From the NCBI GenBank assembly GCA_951406725.2, contig OX597817.1:161014001-161078000 (forward strand): a DNA stretch of 64,000 nucleotides, in the 5' to 3' direction. Numbering within the stretch: the stretch's first letter is position 1; the number at the start of each line of letters is the position of its first letter. The translations under genes were made by a program, and so were the position numbers. Origin of the DNA: Octopus vulgaris (lineage: Eukaryota). The notes under the pieces are model-generated. The model saw nothing but the letters and a program-made list of their open reading frames with translations, was not told the origin of the DNA and made no database searches. Of the stretch, positions 1-12,365 are shown piece by piece.

Positions 1-450
1 CCACTTACACGTTAATTTCACGAGCAGGCTGTTCCGTTGATTCGGATCAACCGGAACCCTCATCGTCGTAACCGACGGAGTGCTAAGTGTGCTTCCACAT
101 GTATTGAGAAATGTATAAATGGACTTGATAGATTACTGGGTGATGTCTTAAAGAAATCACATTATTGTTGGTGGATGCAGCATTCTATTGCAGCTATATA
201 ACGTGTTTGCGAATAAGTGACGTGATGACGATTCACTCCCAATCTGAAATAGACTCCCAGCCTCTGTATCGTGAATGGTTATGTGGACCACTCCTAACAA
301 AAGCCAGAGCTTCCTTTGACCACTACATAAAAAGTATTAAGATAAAAATGTTATTTAGATGTACTTTTTATTTTAGTTGCTTACACTATTTTACACTTGT
401 TTATACTCTTATACAAAGTTCACATATTCCTTAAACGATAATATCAATAG

Positions 451-845
451 GCACAGGAGTGGCTGTGTGGTAAGTAGCTTGCTAACCAACCACATGGTTC
501 CGGGTTCAGTCCCACTGCGTGGCATCTTGGGCAAGTGTCTTCTGCTATAGCCCCGGGCCGACCAATGCCTTGTGAGTGGATTTGGTAGACGGAAACTGAA
601 AGAAGCCTGTCGTATATATGTATATATATATGTTTGTGTGTGTGTGTTTGTCCCCCTAGCATTGCTTGACAACCGATGCTGGTGTGTTTACGTCCCCGTC
701 ACTTAGCGGTTCGGCAAAAGAGACCGATAGAATAAGTACTGGGCTTACAAAGAATAAGTCCCGGGGTCGATTTGCTCGACTAAAGGCGGTGCCCCAGCAT
801 GGCCGCAGTCAAATGACTGAAACAAGTAAAAGAGTAAAAAGAGTA
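451..845 (+). mobile_element. tRNA-derived SINE family A (other copies ~7452-7818 -, 14298-14636 -, 26041-26415 +, 33665-34055 -, 39503-39997 +, 48651-48996 +, 49232-49645 -, 55130-55523 -, 61051-61820 +, 63639-64000 +)
   Basis: GGCRCAGGAGTGGCTGTGTGGTAAG (A-box-like), GGTTCAGTCC (B-box-like), MIR/CORE-like CTTGGGCAAGT, internal (TA)n(TG)n, tail (GTAAAAGA)n; many near-identical copies. Confidence 0.88.
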
Positions 846-1033
846 TGATTACAAAACTTCATTGTAGATGGTATTTTCTGTTTGGTCGACACTAATTTTC
901 AAATTACTGGAGTCCGTTGCTCTCCACATAGCGACATTTAACTGGCCATGTGTAAACATCGGAGTAAGTAAAAATACACCTATACGATCTAAAGTCTGGC
1001 TTTGGGCCTTGTTTGCTGTGAATTCGTGTGTGG

Positions 1034-1064
<31 letters not shown>

Positions 1065-1430
1065 GTTTAACGTCCGCTTTCCATGCTAGCATGGGTTGGA
1101 CGGTTCAACTGGGGTCTGGGAAGCCCGAAGGCTGCACCAGGCCAGTCAGATGTGGCAGTGTTTCTACAGCTGGATGCCCTTCCTAACGCCAACCACTCCG
1201 AGAGTGTAGTGGGTGATTTTATGTGCCACCGACACAGGTGCCAGACGAGGCTGGCAGACGGCCACGCTCGGATGGTGTTTTTTATGTGCCACCGACACAG
1301 GTGCCAGACGAGGCTGGCAGACGGCCACGCTCGGATGGTGTTTTCTTATGTGTCACCGACACAGGTGCCAGACGAGGCTGGCGGACAGCCACGCTCGGAT
1401 GGTGTTTGTTACGTGCCCTCAGCACAGAGG
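1034..1430 (-). mobile_element. RTE-type 3' tail element; representative of ~20 copies (e.g. - strand 2351-2780, 3410-3715, 5030-5205, 17130-17302, 19882-20180, 37085-37335, 43116-43510, 44136-44387, 53041-53500; + strand 24740-25116, 25157-25535, 28602-28760, 36636-36903, 41187-41335)
   Basis: Share GGAAGGGCATCCAGCYGTAGAAAC...CCAACCCATGCYAGCATGGAAAGCGGACG(T/C)TAAAC(GAT)n with the 3' end of the RTE at 51.9-52.08 kb. Confidence 0.88.
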
Positions 1431-1876
1431 CCAAAAAAGTCAATCAGTTAAGTGGGCCTTGCATTGAAAAAATATGAATTGTATTTAGGTAAAGCCCACC
1501 AAAGTAGAGAGTAGATGAACACTATTACTGTACAATAGTTTAATTTTCTTCATATAATTGTGTAAAGTGAAATATCTTGGCTATAGACACAGTTCTAGGT
1601 GACGGCTTTTACAAAACATCAACATATAAATGAACATCAGTCATATAAATATCACATTCTTGGGAAGACCTGTAAAGACTATGGTTACTCTCTCACTCTT
1701 TCTCTCTTTCAATTTATCTTTCTGTCTCTCCTTCCTCCTCCCTATCTCTCTGTCCCCCACCTTTCTCTCTCTCTCTCTGCTAAAATGTAATCTATAAAAA
1801 AAGATTGGTCTGAATGACAGCTATAAAAAGAAGTATAATGTATGTTAAATGAAATGTGGTTCTTGTCTTTGGTCAG

Positions 1877-2074
1877 TTTGCTGGTTATGGCGGCAGTTTA
1901 TGCAGCAAAGATCCGTACGATAAAGATGATGAAGAAGCAGATGCAATATACGATGCGATCGATAAAAGGATGGATGAGAAACGGAAAGAGCGGCGTGAGC
2001 AAAAACTGCGTGCTGAATTGGAGCGGTACCGTCAGGAGCGACCCAAGATCCAACAGCAGTTCTCTGATCTCAAG
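1877..2074 (+). CDS. PRPF6: PRPF6 coding exon, first in window ([41 protein letters not shown]...[11 protein letters not shown])
   Basis: ggtcAG acceptor, AAG|GTAACA donor; translation matches the Prp6 N-terminal region ([21 protein letters not shown]). Start codon and first ~80 aa lie upstream of the window. Confidence 0.96.
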
Positions 2075-2172
2075 GTAACATGGCAGAATTATTTATTCCA
2101 TGTGATGTTGAGCAATCCACTGTGATCCATCTTGGTGCAGTGTTCACCAAATTACTGTTAGGAATGTATTAA

Positions 2173-2808
2173 CCCTTTAGTATTTAAACCGGCCAAAATA
2201 GCTAATCTGTTTTATGTTCAAACTGACCAGATCCAGGCTCTCACACCTACCCTACAATGTTATTCTACATTAAGTAATTACACCATCAAGATCTTGAAGA
2301 TATGAGATAATGCATGATTAATTCAAATCAATGGGAATCAATAGGCTTTATCATCATCATCATCATCATCGTTTAGCGTCCGCTTTCCATGCTGGCATTA
2401 ATTGGACGGTGCAACTGGGGTCTGGGAAGCCAGAAGGCTGCACCAGGCCCAGTCTGATCTGGCAATGTTTCTACGGCTGGATGCCCTTCCTAACGCCAAC
2501 TACTCCATGAGTGTAGTGGGTGCTTTTTACATGTCACTGGCACAGGAGCCAGACGAGGCTGGCAAACGGCCACAATCGGATGGTGCTTTTTACATGCCAC
2601 CGGCACGGAGGCCAGGCGATGCTGGCAACGGCCACGATCGGATGGTGCTTTTTACGTGCCACCAGCACGGAAGCCAGTCGGGGCAGCACTGGCAACGGCC
2701 ACGTTCGGATGGTTCTCTTATGTGCCACCGGCACTGGTATCACAGCTTCAATTTCCATTGATGTTGATCAATTTTGATTTTGGATTGAATAATCTGAACA
2801 CTAAAGGG
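2173..2808. mobile_element. piggyBac-type MITE with nested RTE tail; uninterrupted copy at 27749-27969
   Basis: TTAA|CCCTTTAG ... CTAAAGGG|TTAA; internal sequence shared with 27749-27969. Confidence 0.85.
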
Positions 2809-2865
2809 TTAAAGTTTTTCTGCTGTAATTGATATGTCAACTGAACAAAACGTTTGTGTTTTCAG

Positions 2866-2960
2866 AGGGAATTGGCCAGTGTTAGCTACGATGACTGGAT
2901 GAATCTACCTGAAGTTGGTGATGCTAGAAACAAACGACAGCGAAACCCAAGAGCAGACAA
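2866..2960 (+). CDS. PRPF6: PRPF6 exon ([31 protein letters not shown])
   Basis: ttcAG / GTAAGT; [15 protein letters not shown] motif of Prp6; phase 0 to 2. Confidence 0.95.
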
Positions 2961-3892
2961 GTAAGTATTCACTATCATTGTCATCATCATCATCATCACC
3001 ACCACCTTCATCATGATAGCATGGCTTGGATGGGTTCTCATAGTCCCAGTTCTTATTCAAAGACACTGACCTCTTAGACATGTCAGCGGATCATATTTCA
3101 CTTTTACATTCAATATTTTGGGCCTGGTTTCTACATCTGGATACCCTTCTTAACACCAACCACTTTACAGAATGTACTGTGTACTTTTTCATGGCACCAG
3201 CACTAGAGAGTTGCTACATCTTTGACAAGACCAAAGGGTTCTCCTAATTCTGTGGTGTCTCTGCTTTTTCATCTGTCACTTTATACAGTGTACTAGGCAC
3301 CAATGCTAGTGAGGTTCCCTTGTACCCCATAAGACTAAACAGTCCTCACTAATTTGGTGTGTCTGTTCATTCTAGACAATATGATCAAGACCGTGGAAAC
3401 TTACTAAGTCATCATCATCGTTTAGCGTCCGCTTTCCATGCTGGCATGGGTTGGACGGTGCAACTGGGGTCTGGGTAGCCAGAAGGCTGCACCAGGCCCA
3501 GTCTGATCTGGCAATGTTTCTATGGTTGGATGCCCTTCCTAACGCCTACCACTCCATGAGTGTAGTGGGTGCTTTTTACGTGCCACCGGCACAGGTGCCA
3601 GGGGAGGCTGGCAAACGTACACGGTCGGATGGTGCTTTTTACGTGCCACCGGCACGGAGGCCAGGTGAGGCTGGCAACGGCCACAATCGGATGGTGCTTT
3701 TTACGTGCCTCCGGCATGCATAAGTATTGCTATGTGGTTAAGAAGCTTGCTTTGCAACCATGTGATTTTAGGTTCAGTCTCTCTGTGCAGTACCTTGGCC
3801 AAGTATCTTCTACTATAGCTCCAAGTCAATCAATGTGTGTGAATTTGACCAGAGTTATCTTTTCACTACCTCTGTGATGCGCATTGTTTTAA

Positions 3893-4113
3893 CCCTTTTG
3901 TTACCAACCCGGCTGAAACTGGCTCTGGCTCTGTAGTACAAATAGCTTGTTTTCATAAGATTTGAATTAAAATCTTCCACCAAACCTTAGTCACAATTTA
4001 TGCTCCTAACACTAGCTGAATGATAACTAAGTTATTTTACTAAATTCTTTGTTATATTTAAAGTAATTGAAAGAAATACAGAGCACCTCAAAATAAATAC
4101 AGTAACGAAAGGA
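3893..4113. mobile_element. piggyBac-type MITE
   Basis: TTAA|CCCTTTTGTTAC ... GTAACGAAAGGA|TTAA; termini match the 45.2-kb element. Confidence 0.8.
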
Positions 4114-4570
4114 TTAAGATCATACCTCACCATTTTTCATCTATTTGATCAGAGTTAACATTCAGCTAAACAAAAGCAACTTCTATTACTGCTCCAAGTT
4201 TTCAGCACTGCGCCTCTACACATGTTCCAATATCATTAATACTCAGTCCACTAAGAGAGCAAGCTGGCAGAACGATTAGCATGTCAGGCAAAATGCTTAG
4301 TGGTGTCTCCTCCAGGAGCTCTTTACATTCTGAGTTCAGATGCTACTGAGGTTTGACTTTGCCTTTTAGCCTTCCAGGGTTGATAAAATAGGTCCCAGTG
4401 GATCACTGGGATTGATGTAATCAGCCAACCCTCCCCCACCCCCACAAAAATTTCAGGCCTTGTGCATATTATAGAAAGAATTAATATTCAGTCGCATTTT
4501 GTTACTCATACCGATGACAGTTGCAGATATTTACATATCCACTTATGTTATCCTTTCAATTTCATCACAG

Positions 4571-4652
4571 GTTTACACCATTACCGGACAGTTTATTAGC
4601 AGATGCTGCATCCTCTACGACATCAAACACATCAGTTGATGCTATGCAACAG
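4571..4652 (+). CDS. PRPF6: PRPF6 exon (FTPLPDSLLADAASSTTSNTSVDAMQQ)
   Basis: cacAG / GTAAAT; aligns to vertebrate LTPVPDS...TSVD; phase 2 to 0. Confidence 0.92.
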
Positions 4653-5419
4653 GTAAATATTCAATACTTTCTAACTTCCAGTTATCCCACTTCTGACTTT
4701 CATCCTCATTCTGTCTTCCTTGTCTTCTGTCTCTTTCTTGTTCTGTCTCCTTTAACCTTTCTCCTTCTTCTCTGTACTCCTGGTTCCTCCATTAAAGCCA
4801 TCAGGATCACCATCATCATTTTACCGTCCACTTTTCCTTGCTTGCATTGGTTGAACAGATTTTATTGAGGCAGATTTTCTCTGGACAAATGCCCTTCCTG
4901 TTTCCAACCCTCACCTGATTCAAGCGAGGTCATATTTCTCCATGGCCACACATGTTCTCACAGAATACTGGGAACATTTTGTGAGTATTTGAAATAGTCT
5001 GGAAATACTCATTCACAACAGTCACGCAATCATCATCATCATTATCATCATCATCGTTTAACATCCGTTTTCCATGCTAGCATGGGTTGGATAGTTCAAC
5101 TGGGGTCTGGGAAGCCAGGAGGCTGCACCAGGCTCCAGTCTGATCTGGCAGTGTTTCTACAGCTGGATGCCCTTCCTAATGCCAACCACTCCGTGAGTGT
5201 AGTGAGTGCACACACAATTGGCTTCTTTCAGTTTCTGTTTACCAAATCCATTCACAAGGCTTTCATTGGCCCTAGGGCCTTCGGAGAAGACACTTGCCCA
5301 AGATGTCATGCAGTGGGACTGAACCTGAAATCAGGTGGTTGGGAAGCAAGCTTCTTACACACAGCCACATCTATCTTTATATATCATTTGTTAACTAACA
5401 CTTCACTCTTTCTTTCCAG

Positions 5420-5548
5420 CAATATGCCGGCCTTGACACACCATTTAGTGATGCCATGTCACCAGGCTTTTCAACTCCTAGCGGTGACATTGATATGAAG
5501 AAAATCGGTCAAGCCCGTAACACCCTGATGGACATTAAACTAACCCAG
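5420..5548 (+). CDS. PRPF6: PRPF6 exon ([43 protein letters not shown])
   Basis: ttccAG / GTCAGT; [11 protein letters not shown] motif. Confidence 0.95.
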
Positions 5549-6050
5549 GTCAGTAATCATATGTTTTGTTGTTACTATTATTATTATTATCATTGTTATT
5601 ATTATTATTATTATTATTGAGGCAGAGTGCTGGCAGAATCGTTAGCACACTGGACCAAATGCTTAGTGGTATTTCGTCCATTGCTACATTCTGAGTCCAA
5701 ATTCCAGCAGGGTTAACTTTGTCTTTCATCCTTTTGGGGTCAATAAATTAAGTACCAGTGAAACACTGGGGTCAGTGTGATTGACTTATCCCCTCCCCCA
5801 AAATTTCAAGCCTTGTGCCTTTAGTAGAAAGGATTATTATTATCATTATTAATGATAATGATAATTATTATAATAATGATAATAATAATAATAATTAAGG
5901 CAGCGAGCTAACAGAATTGTTAGCACACCAGGTACAATGCATAGCAGCATTTCGTCTGTCTTTACATTCTAAGTTCAAATTCCACTGGTTTTCCGTATTC
6001 ATTAATATTGTTATGGCAATATGGTTTTTGTTGTATAATGACTTTTTTGA

Positions 6051-6167
<117 letters not shown>

Positions 6168-6372
6168 TAAGGACTGCTTTTGTTTTATTTTTTTTATTTG
6201 TCCGTAATTTATATCACTTTCCAATTACACCCCAACCCCGTCCCTACATTCTCTTTTAAAATGCGAGTAGTCATGTCACTCCTCCACAACAAGAAACTTG
6301 TTATCTGACCCTTTCCATCATACCTTACATTGGAGGCGCATGGCTTAGTGGTTAAGAGTATTAGACTCATGA

Positions 6373-6789
6373 AAGTCAGTGAGCTGGCAGAAACGTTAGC
6401 ATGCCAGGTGAAATGCTTTGCGGTATTTCGTCTGCCGCTACGTTCTGAGTTCAAATTCCGCCGAGGTCGACTTTGCCTTTCATCCTTTCGGGGTCGATAA
6501 ATTAAGTACCAGTTATGCACTGGGATCGATGTAATCGACTTAATCCGTTTGTCTGTCCTTGTTTGTCCCCTCTATGTTTAGCCCCTTGTGGGCAATAAAG
6601 AAATAGGTATTTCGTCTGCCGCTATGTTCTGAGTTCAAATTTCGCCAAGGTCGACTTTGCCTTTTATCCTTTCGGGGTCGATAAATTAAGTACCAGTTAC
6701 ACACTGGGGTTGATGTAATTGACTTAATCCGTTTGTCTGTCCTTGTTTGTCCCCTCTGTGTTTAGCCCCTTGTGAGTAGTAAAGAAATA
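6373..6789 (+). mobile_element. SINE family B with partial tandem duplication, nested in another SINE (other copies ~4257-4480, 5620-5835, 17705-17935 -, 18790-19005, 22323-22990, 35760-36172 -, 40500-40720 -)
   Basis: GAGCTGGCAGAA...GAGTTCAAATTCC (B-box-like)...GCCTTTCATCCTTTCGGGGTCGATAAATTAAGTACC; 16-bp TSD AGTATTAGACTCATGA at 6357-6372 and 6790-6805. Confidence 0.88.
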
Positions 6790-8565
6790 AGTATTAGACT
6801 CATGATCATAAGATTGTGGTTTCGATTCCTGGACCAGGCAATGCATTGTGTTCTTGAGCAAAACACTTCATTTCACTTTGCTCCAGTCCACTCAGCTGGC
6901 AAAAATGAGTAATCCTGCTACAAACCAGTGTTCCATCCAGGTGGGGAATATATATATATGCCATGAAACCAGGAAACTGACCCTTATGAGTCGGTGTGAC
7001 TTGAGAAGGTAACTTTACCTTATCATACCTTACAACTCTCTCCTTATTCTCCTAGTATAAAGTTACCCTCCCTGCGCAGGGTTTATAGTCACAGCCTCAC
7101 AATCCAGTGACTGAAACGGTAAAAGAATAAACAAATGAAGTGACAGATTCTCTGCTGTAAATGTCGCCAAACTTTTAAAACTTCCATCCAAATTTTGATA
7201 GAAATAGGACATGTCTTTTTGATAGAAATAGGACATGTCACTACTGGTCTTTCCTTATCACCTCTGGTATGATAGAAATAGATTTTTGAAATATACATTT
7301 CTCTGCGACATTTCCAGTGGCACCCAGGTAATATAGAAAAGAAAATCTGTAAAAATTGTTCACACCAGGGCAGTTTATACACTTCCTCCTCAACTTATGT
7401 CTGAGTTCCGTTTTGACTGAGAGCTCATAAGTCAATTTAGTCATATTTCCTCTTTTTTTCTCTTTTTACTTGTTTCAGTCATTTGACTGCGGCCATGCTG
7501 GAGCACCGCCTTTAGTCGAGCAAATCGACCCCTGGACTTGTTCTTTGTAAGCCTAGTACTTATTCTATTGGTCTCTTTTGCCGAACCACTAAGTTACAGG
7601 GACGTAAACACACCAGTATCGGTTGTGAAGCGATGTTGGGGGAATAAACACAGACACACAAACATATACACACACATACATACATACATATATATAAATA
7701 CGGGCTTCTTTCAGGTTACGTCTACCAAATCCACTCACAAGGCTTTAGTCAGCCCAAGGTGCCACGCAGTGGGACTGAACCCAGAACTATGTGGTTGGTA
7801 AGCAAGCTACTTACCACATATTTTTCAACACTATTTTCATTCAAACACAACTGATACTTGAAAGCGACTGAGTGAGAGACAGTGGCAGGCTGTGGATGCC
7901 CGGGTCTGTGTTGCTAGATGCTGCCATAGTTATCATACACACAGCTACCCAGTATCCAAAAATCGATTTTTTTATTTATCTATTTGTTTTATTTCCTTAT
8001 TTTTTGTGGTTGTAAGTCGAGAAGGTGTATAAGCTACTTGCTATAGCATTTGCCATGTAAACTCATGTACAAATTGTTTTCAACCATACCACACTGCCAA
8101 TTTTTAGCTGTTTACATAAAGTAAGTTCATATTGTATTAAAAAGTTATGTATTATATCCTCAACTGAGGAAAATTATTTTTTGCCTTATCTTAAACCATA
8201 TTTATTATTCTGTATTTATTTCTGAAAATTATTAAGATATTTTGATAAAATTGAAGCATTGAGAAGTGTTTATTCACAAAGTACTTATTATCTAAAGAGG
8301 TAGCCAGTTTAGTCTCTCATTTTCAGACTACAAGGAGAAATAAATCATTGAACTTAAAGAGGTAAGAGTTGTTTGAGCTTGCACAGAGATTAAAAGAAAG
8401 GAAAATCTGATTTTCTCTGTCTGCAAGAGTTAGCTGTTGCTACAAGTACAGACTTGGCATAATGTGTTTTGGAAAGGATGGTAAATCTGTGTAGTTCCAA
8501 TGCACAACCAAGTGCTTTACAAAGCTTTTCACCTCCTGACCTGCACTCTAAACAATAACAATTAC

Positions 8566-8979
8566 GGATCTTTTCGGTTTGAACGGCAGTTTTTTCTAGC
8601 TATGTCATATGAAATTGTCACCCATAATTATGACCCTAGTATCGATCTAATGCATTTCAATCTGTTTTAGGGTTAGGGGTGGGGGGAACGGTATCTTTTT
8701 TTTTCTTCAGAAATGTAAATAAACCCAATCTGTTTTTTAAACGAGGGACATATTCATACGGCACAGAATGTTTTCACCTAAAATAGATGTCATTGATTGG
8801 TTGAAATTGCAGAAATTGAAGAAAAAAAACAACAAATATCTTACAAACTATACAATTTTCTCAATAAAGCCGAGAGAAAAAGATGTTTTATAAACACATT
8901 CTACCAGTATGCGAAGTTTAAAAGTGTTTAGTTACGTGGAAATTATTTTAAAAAACTGACGTTCAAACCGAAAAGATCC
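8566..8979. mobile_element. Non-autonomous DNA transposon with 8-bp TSD (Merlin- or hAT-like)
   Basis: ~29-bp TIR GGATCTTTTCGGTTTGAACG...; TSD ACAATTAC at 8558-8565 and 8980-8987. Confidence 0.88.
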
Positions 8980-9055
8980 ACAATTACTTATTTAGAATGC
9001 ATCATGATATTATGAAACTCTTCTGTTCTAATATTGAGATCATTGAACTTTACAG

Positions 9056-9120
9056 TGATGTTAAGAAAGCTCGGCTGCTGCTAAAATCTGTCAGAGAGAC
9101 AAACCCCAAGCATCCACCAG
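9056..9120 (+). CDS. PRPF6: PRPF6 exon (DVKKARLLLKSVRETNPKHPP)
   Basis: ttacAG / GTAAGA; conserved KKARLLLKSVRETNP. Confidence 0.96.
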
Positions 9121-9169
9121 GTAAGAAACTAGTTAACTTCTTATGAATATAATTTTATTATTTGTGAAA

Positions 9170-11290
9170 AGCACCTGTGAAAAAACACCCATGCTGGTGC
9201 CACATAAAAAAGCATCTGTGCTGGCACCATGTGAAAAAGTACACATGCTGGTGCCATATAAAAAAGCATCTGTGCTGGCACCATGTGAAAAAGTACACAT
9301 GCTGGTGCCATATAAAAAAGCATCTGTGCTGGCACCATGTGATAAAGCACCCATGCTGGTGCCATATAAAAAAGCATCTGTGCTAGCACCATGTGAAAAA
9401 GTCACCCATGCTGGTGCCACATAAAAAAGCATCTGTGCTGGCACCATGTGAAAAAGCACCCATGCTGGTGCCACATAAAAGCATCTGTGCTGGCACCATG
9501 TGAAAAACACCCATGCTGGTGCCACATAAAAAAGCATCTGTGCTGGCACCATGTGATAAAGCACCCATGCTGGTGCCACATAAAAAAGCATCTGTGCTGG
9601 CACCATGTGAAAAAACACCCATGCTGGTGCCATATAAAAAAGCATCTGTGCTGGCACCATGTGATAAAGCACCCATGCTGGTGCCACATAAAAAAGCATC
9701 TGTGCTGGCACCATGTGAAAAAGCACCCATGCTGGTGCCACATAAAAGCATCTGTGCTGGCACCATGTGAAAAAGCACCCATGCTGGTTCCACATAAGAA
9801 GCATCTGTGCTGGCACCATGTGAAAAAGCACCCATGCTGGTGCCACATAAAAAGCATCTGTGCTGGCACCATGTGAAAAAGCACCCATGCTGGTTCCACA
9901 TAAGAAGCATCTGTGCTGGCACCATGTGAAAAAGCACCCATGCTGGTGCCACATAAGAAGCATCTGTGCTGGCACCATGTGAAAAAGCACCCATGCTGGT
10001 GCCACATAAAAAGCATCTGTGCTGGCACCATGTGAAAAAGCACCCATGCTGGTGCCACATAAGAAGCATCTGTGCTGGCACCATGTGAAAAAGCACCCAT
10101 GCTGGTGCCACATAAAAAAGCATCTGTGCTGGCACCATGTGAAAAAGCACCCATGCTGGTGCCACATAAGAAGCATCTGTGCTGGCACCATGTGAAAAAG
10201 CACCCATGCTGGTGCCACATAAAAAAGCATCTGTGCTGGCACCATGTGATAAAGCACTCATGCTGGTGCCACATAAAAAAGCATCTGTGCTGGCACCATG
10301 TGAAAAAGCACACATGCTGGTGCCACATAAGAAGCATCTGTGCTGGCACCATGTGAAAAAGCACCCATGCTGGTGCCACATAAAAAAGCATCTGTGCTGG
10401 CACCATGTGAAAAAGCACCCATGCTGGTGCCACATAAGAAGCATCTGTGCTGGCACCATGTGAAAAAACACCCATGCTGGTGCCACATAAAAAAGCATCT
10501 GTGCTGGCACCATGTGAAAAAACACCCATGCTGGTGCCACATAAAAAAGCATCTGTGCTGGCACCATGTGAAAAAGTACACATGCTGGTGCCACATAAAA
10601 AAGCATCTGTGCTGGCACCATGTGAAAAAGCACCATGCTGGTGCCACATAAAAAAGCATCTGTGCTGGCACCATGTGATAAAGCACCCATGCTGGTGCCA
10701 TATAAAAAAGCATCTGTGCTGGCACCATGTGAAAAAGCACCCATGCTGGTGCCACATAAAAAAGCATCTGTGCTGGCACCATGTGAAAAAGCACCCATGC
10801 TGGTGCCACATAAGAAGCATCTGTGCTGGCACCATGTGAAAAAGCACCCATGCTGGTGCCACATATAAAAAAGCATCTGTGCTGGCACCATGTGAAAAAG
10901 CACCCATGCTGGTGCCACATAAAAAAGCATCTGTGCTGGCACCATGTGAAAAAGCACCCATGCTGGTGCCACATAAAAAAGCATCTGTGCTGGCACCATG
11001 TGAAAAAGCACCCATGCTGGTGCCACATAAAAAAGCATCTGTGCTGGCACCATGTGAAAAAGCACACATGCTGGTGCCACATAAAAAAGCATCTGTGCTG
11101 GCACCATGTGAAAAAGCACCCATGCTGGTGCCACATAAGAAGCATCTGTGCTGGTGCCACATAAAAAAGCATCTGTGTTGGCACCATGTGAAAAAGCACC
11201 CATGCTGGTGCCACATAAGAAGCATCTGTGCTGGTGTCACATAAAAAGCATCTGTGCTGGCACCATGTGAAAACCGCTTGTACTGGCACC
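9170..11290 (+). repeat. Minisatellite: ~54-bp unit (two 27-bp subunits), ~39 copies, inside an RTE-type tail ending at ~11388
   Basis: Unit GCTGGTGCCACATAAAAAAGCATCTGT-GCTGGCACCATGTGAAAAAGCACCCAT; followed by ccaacccatgccagcatggaaa...(TGA)n. Confidence 0.95.
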
Positions 11291-11853
11291 ACATAAGAAG
11301 CACCCAGTACACTTTGTAAAGCTCCTATCAAACTATCCAACCCATGCCAGCATGGAAAATAGACATTAAATGATGATGATGATGATGAAATGCACATCTC
11401 ATTGCGCTTGTGTTATGATTTTCGCTCATATTTATTCAGCCCAAAATATCATTATCAGTACTATGGGTTCGTGATGGTAAATGTGGATTCCTATAAGTTA
11501 AATGTAGGTCTACTCAAACTTGGATATATCTGTATGGTCAGTCAAACAGACTCCAGAGAGACTGATGTAGGTCTGCATAAGCAAGACTTGTTTTATTTAG
11601 TAAAATCAACAAAGACGTACAGTGAACATGCCAGGGACAGTGTAAAAAGTTCAATGCTTTAAACAGAGTCCTTCTTCAGGGGAAAGTTGACGAGAATGAA
11701 ATTAATGAGAGACAACAGAATTTTACCTGTTGTCTCTCTTGAATTTCACTCCTGTTGACTTTTCCCTGAAAAAAGAATGCCATCCAAAATGTTGGATTTT
11801 CCATTCTCCACATCAAGTTCACTGTTTCTATGAACGTATGGTAAATTCAGTTA

Positions 11854-12365
11854 CCGTAAATCCTCGAGTATAGTCCGCCCTTCAGTATAATATGCAGGGG
11901 TTTTTTAGAGGGCTGTACCTCTGAAAAACCTAAACCTTGTGTATAATATGCACCCCTTCTCTAACTTGAGTCAAAGAGGTCTATATAACGTCCTTGGTTT
12001 GTAAAATTGTATACGGTAACATCCTTTATTATTATTGTATATATAACATAATGCAAGCGTGTAGTATTTTTGTGCATTTTGTTTGCAGAAAATAAAGAAA
12101 TAACAGTAATAACATTTAATAAATGTTGCTTACTGCAAGTTATGGATGATTCTTTTATGACTCCATTGCTTTCAGGCTTAGCTTAAGGTATTTTCGCGCC
12201 CGACATCACAAAATGCTTCTGAATAAACATTGTCGGACAGCAAATAGAGACTCGGACATTGCTTAGAAAATAATTTTCATTTTTAACCTCGTATATAGTA
12301 CGCACTCGGGATTTTGACCATTAAATTTTGGGCGAAAAATGCAGATTATACTCGAGGATTTACGG
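11854..12365. mobile_element. Tc2/pogo-like MITE
   Basis: TA|CCGTAAATCCTCGAGTATA ... TATACTCGAGGATTTACGG|TA. Confidence 0.85.

Noticed and set aside
444-848. Recurrent short ORFs such as [34 protein letters not shown] and FLQLDALPNANHS
   Set aside because: Chance translations of SINE A and RTE-tail copies, not a gene family.
8664-8690. TTAGGGTTAGGG telomere-like motif
   Set aside because: Only two units, internal to a TIR element.
9133-11397. Long ORFs (374-636 aa) and a CRISPR-like appearance
   Set aside because: Pure tandem 54-bp repeat with no unique spacers and no cas genes, in a eukaryotic intron; the ORFs arise because the unit lacks stop codons.
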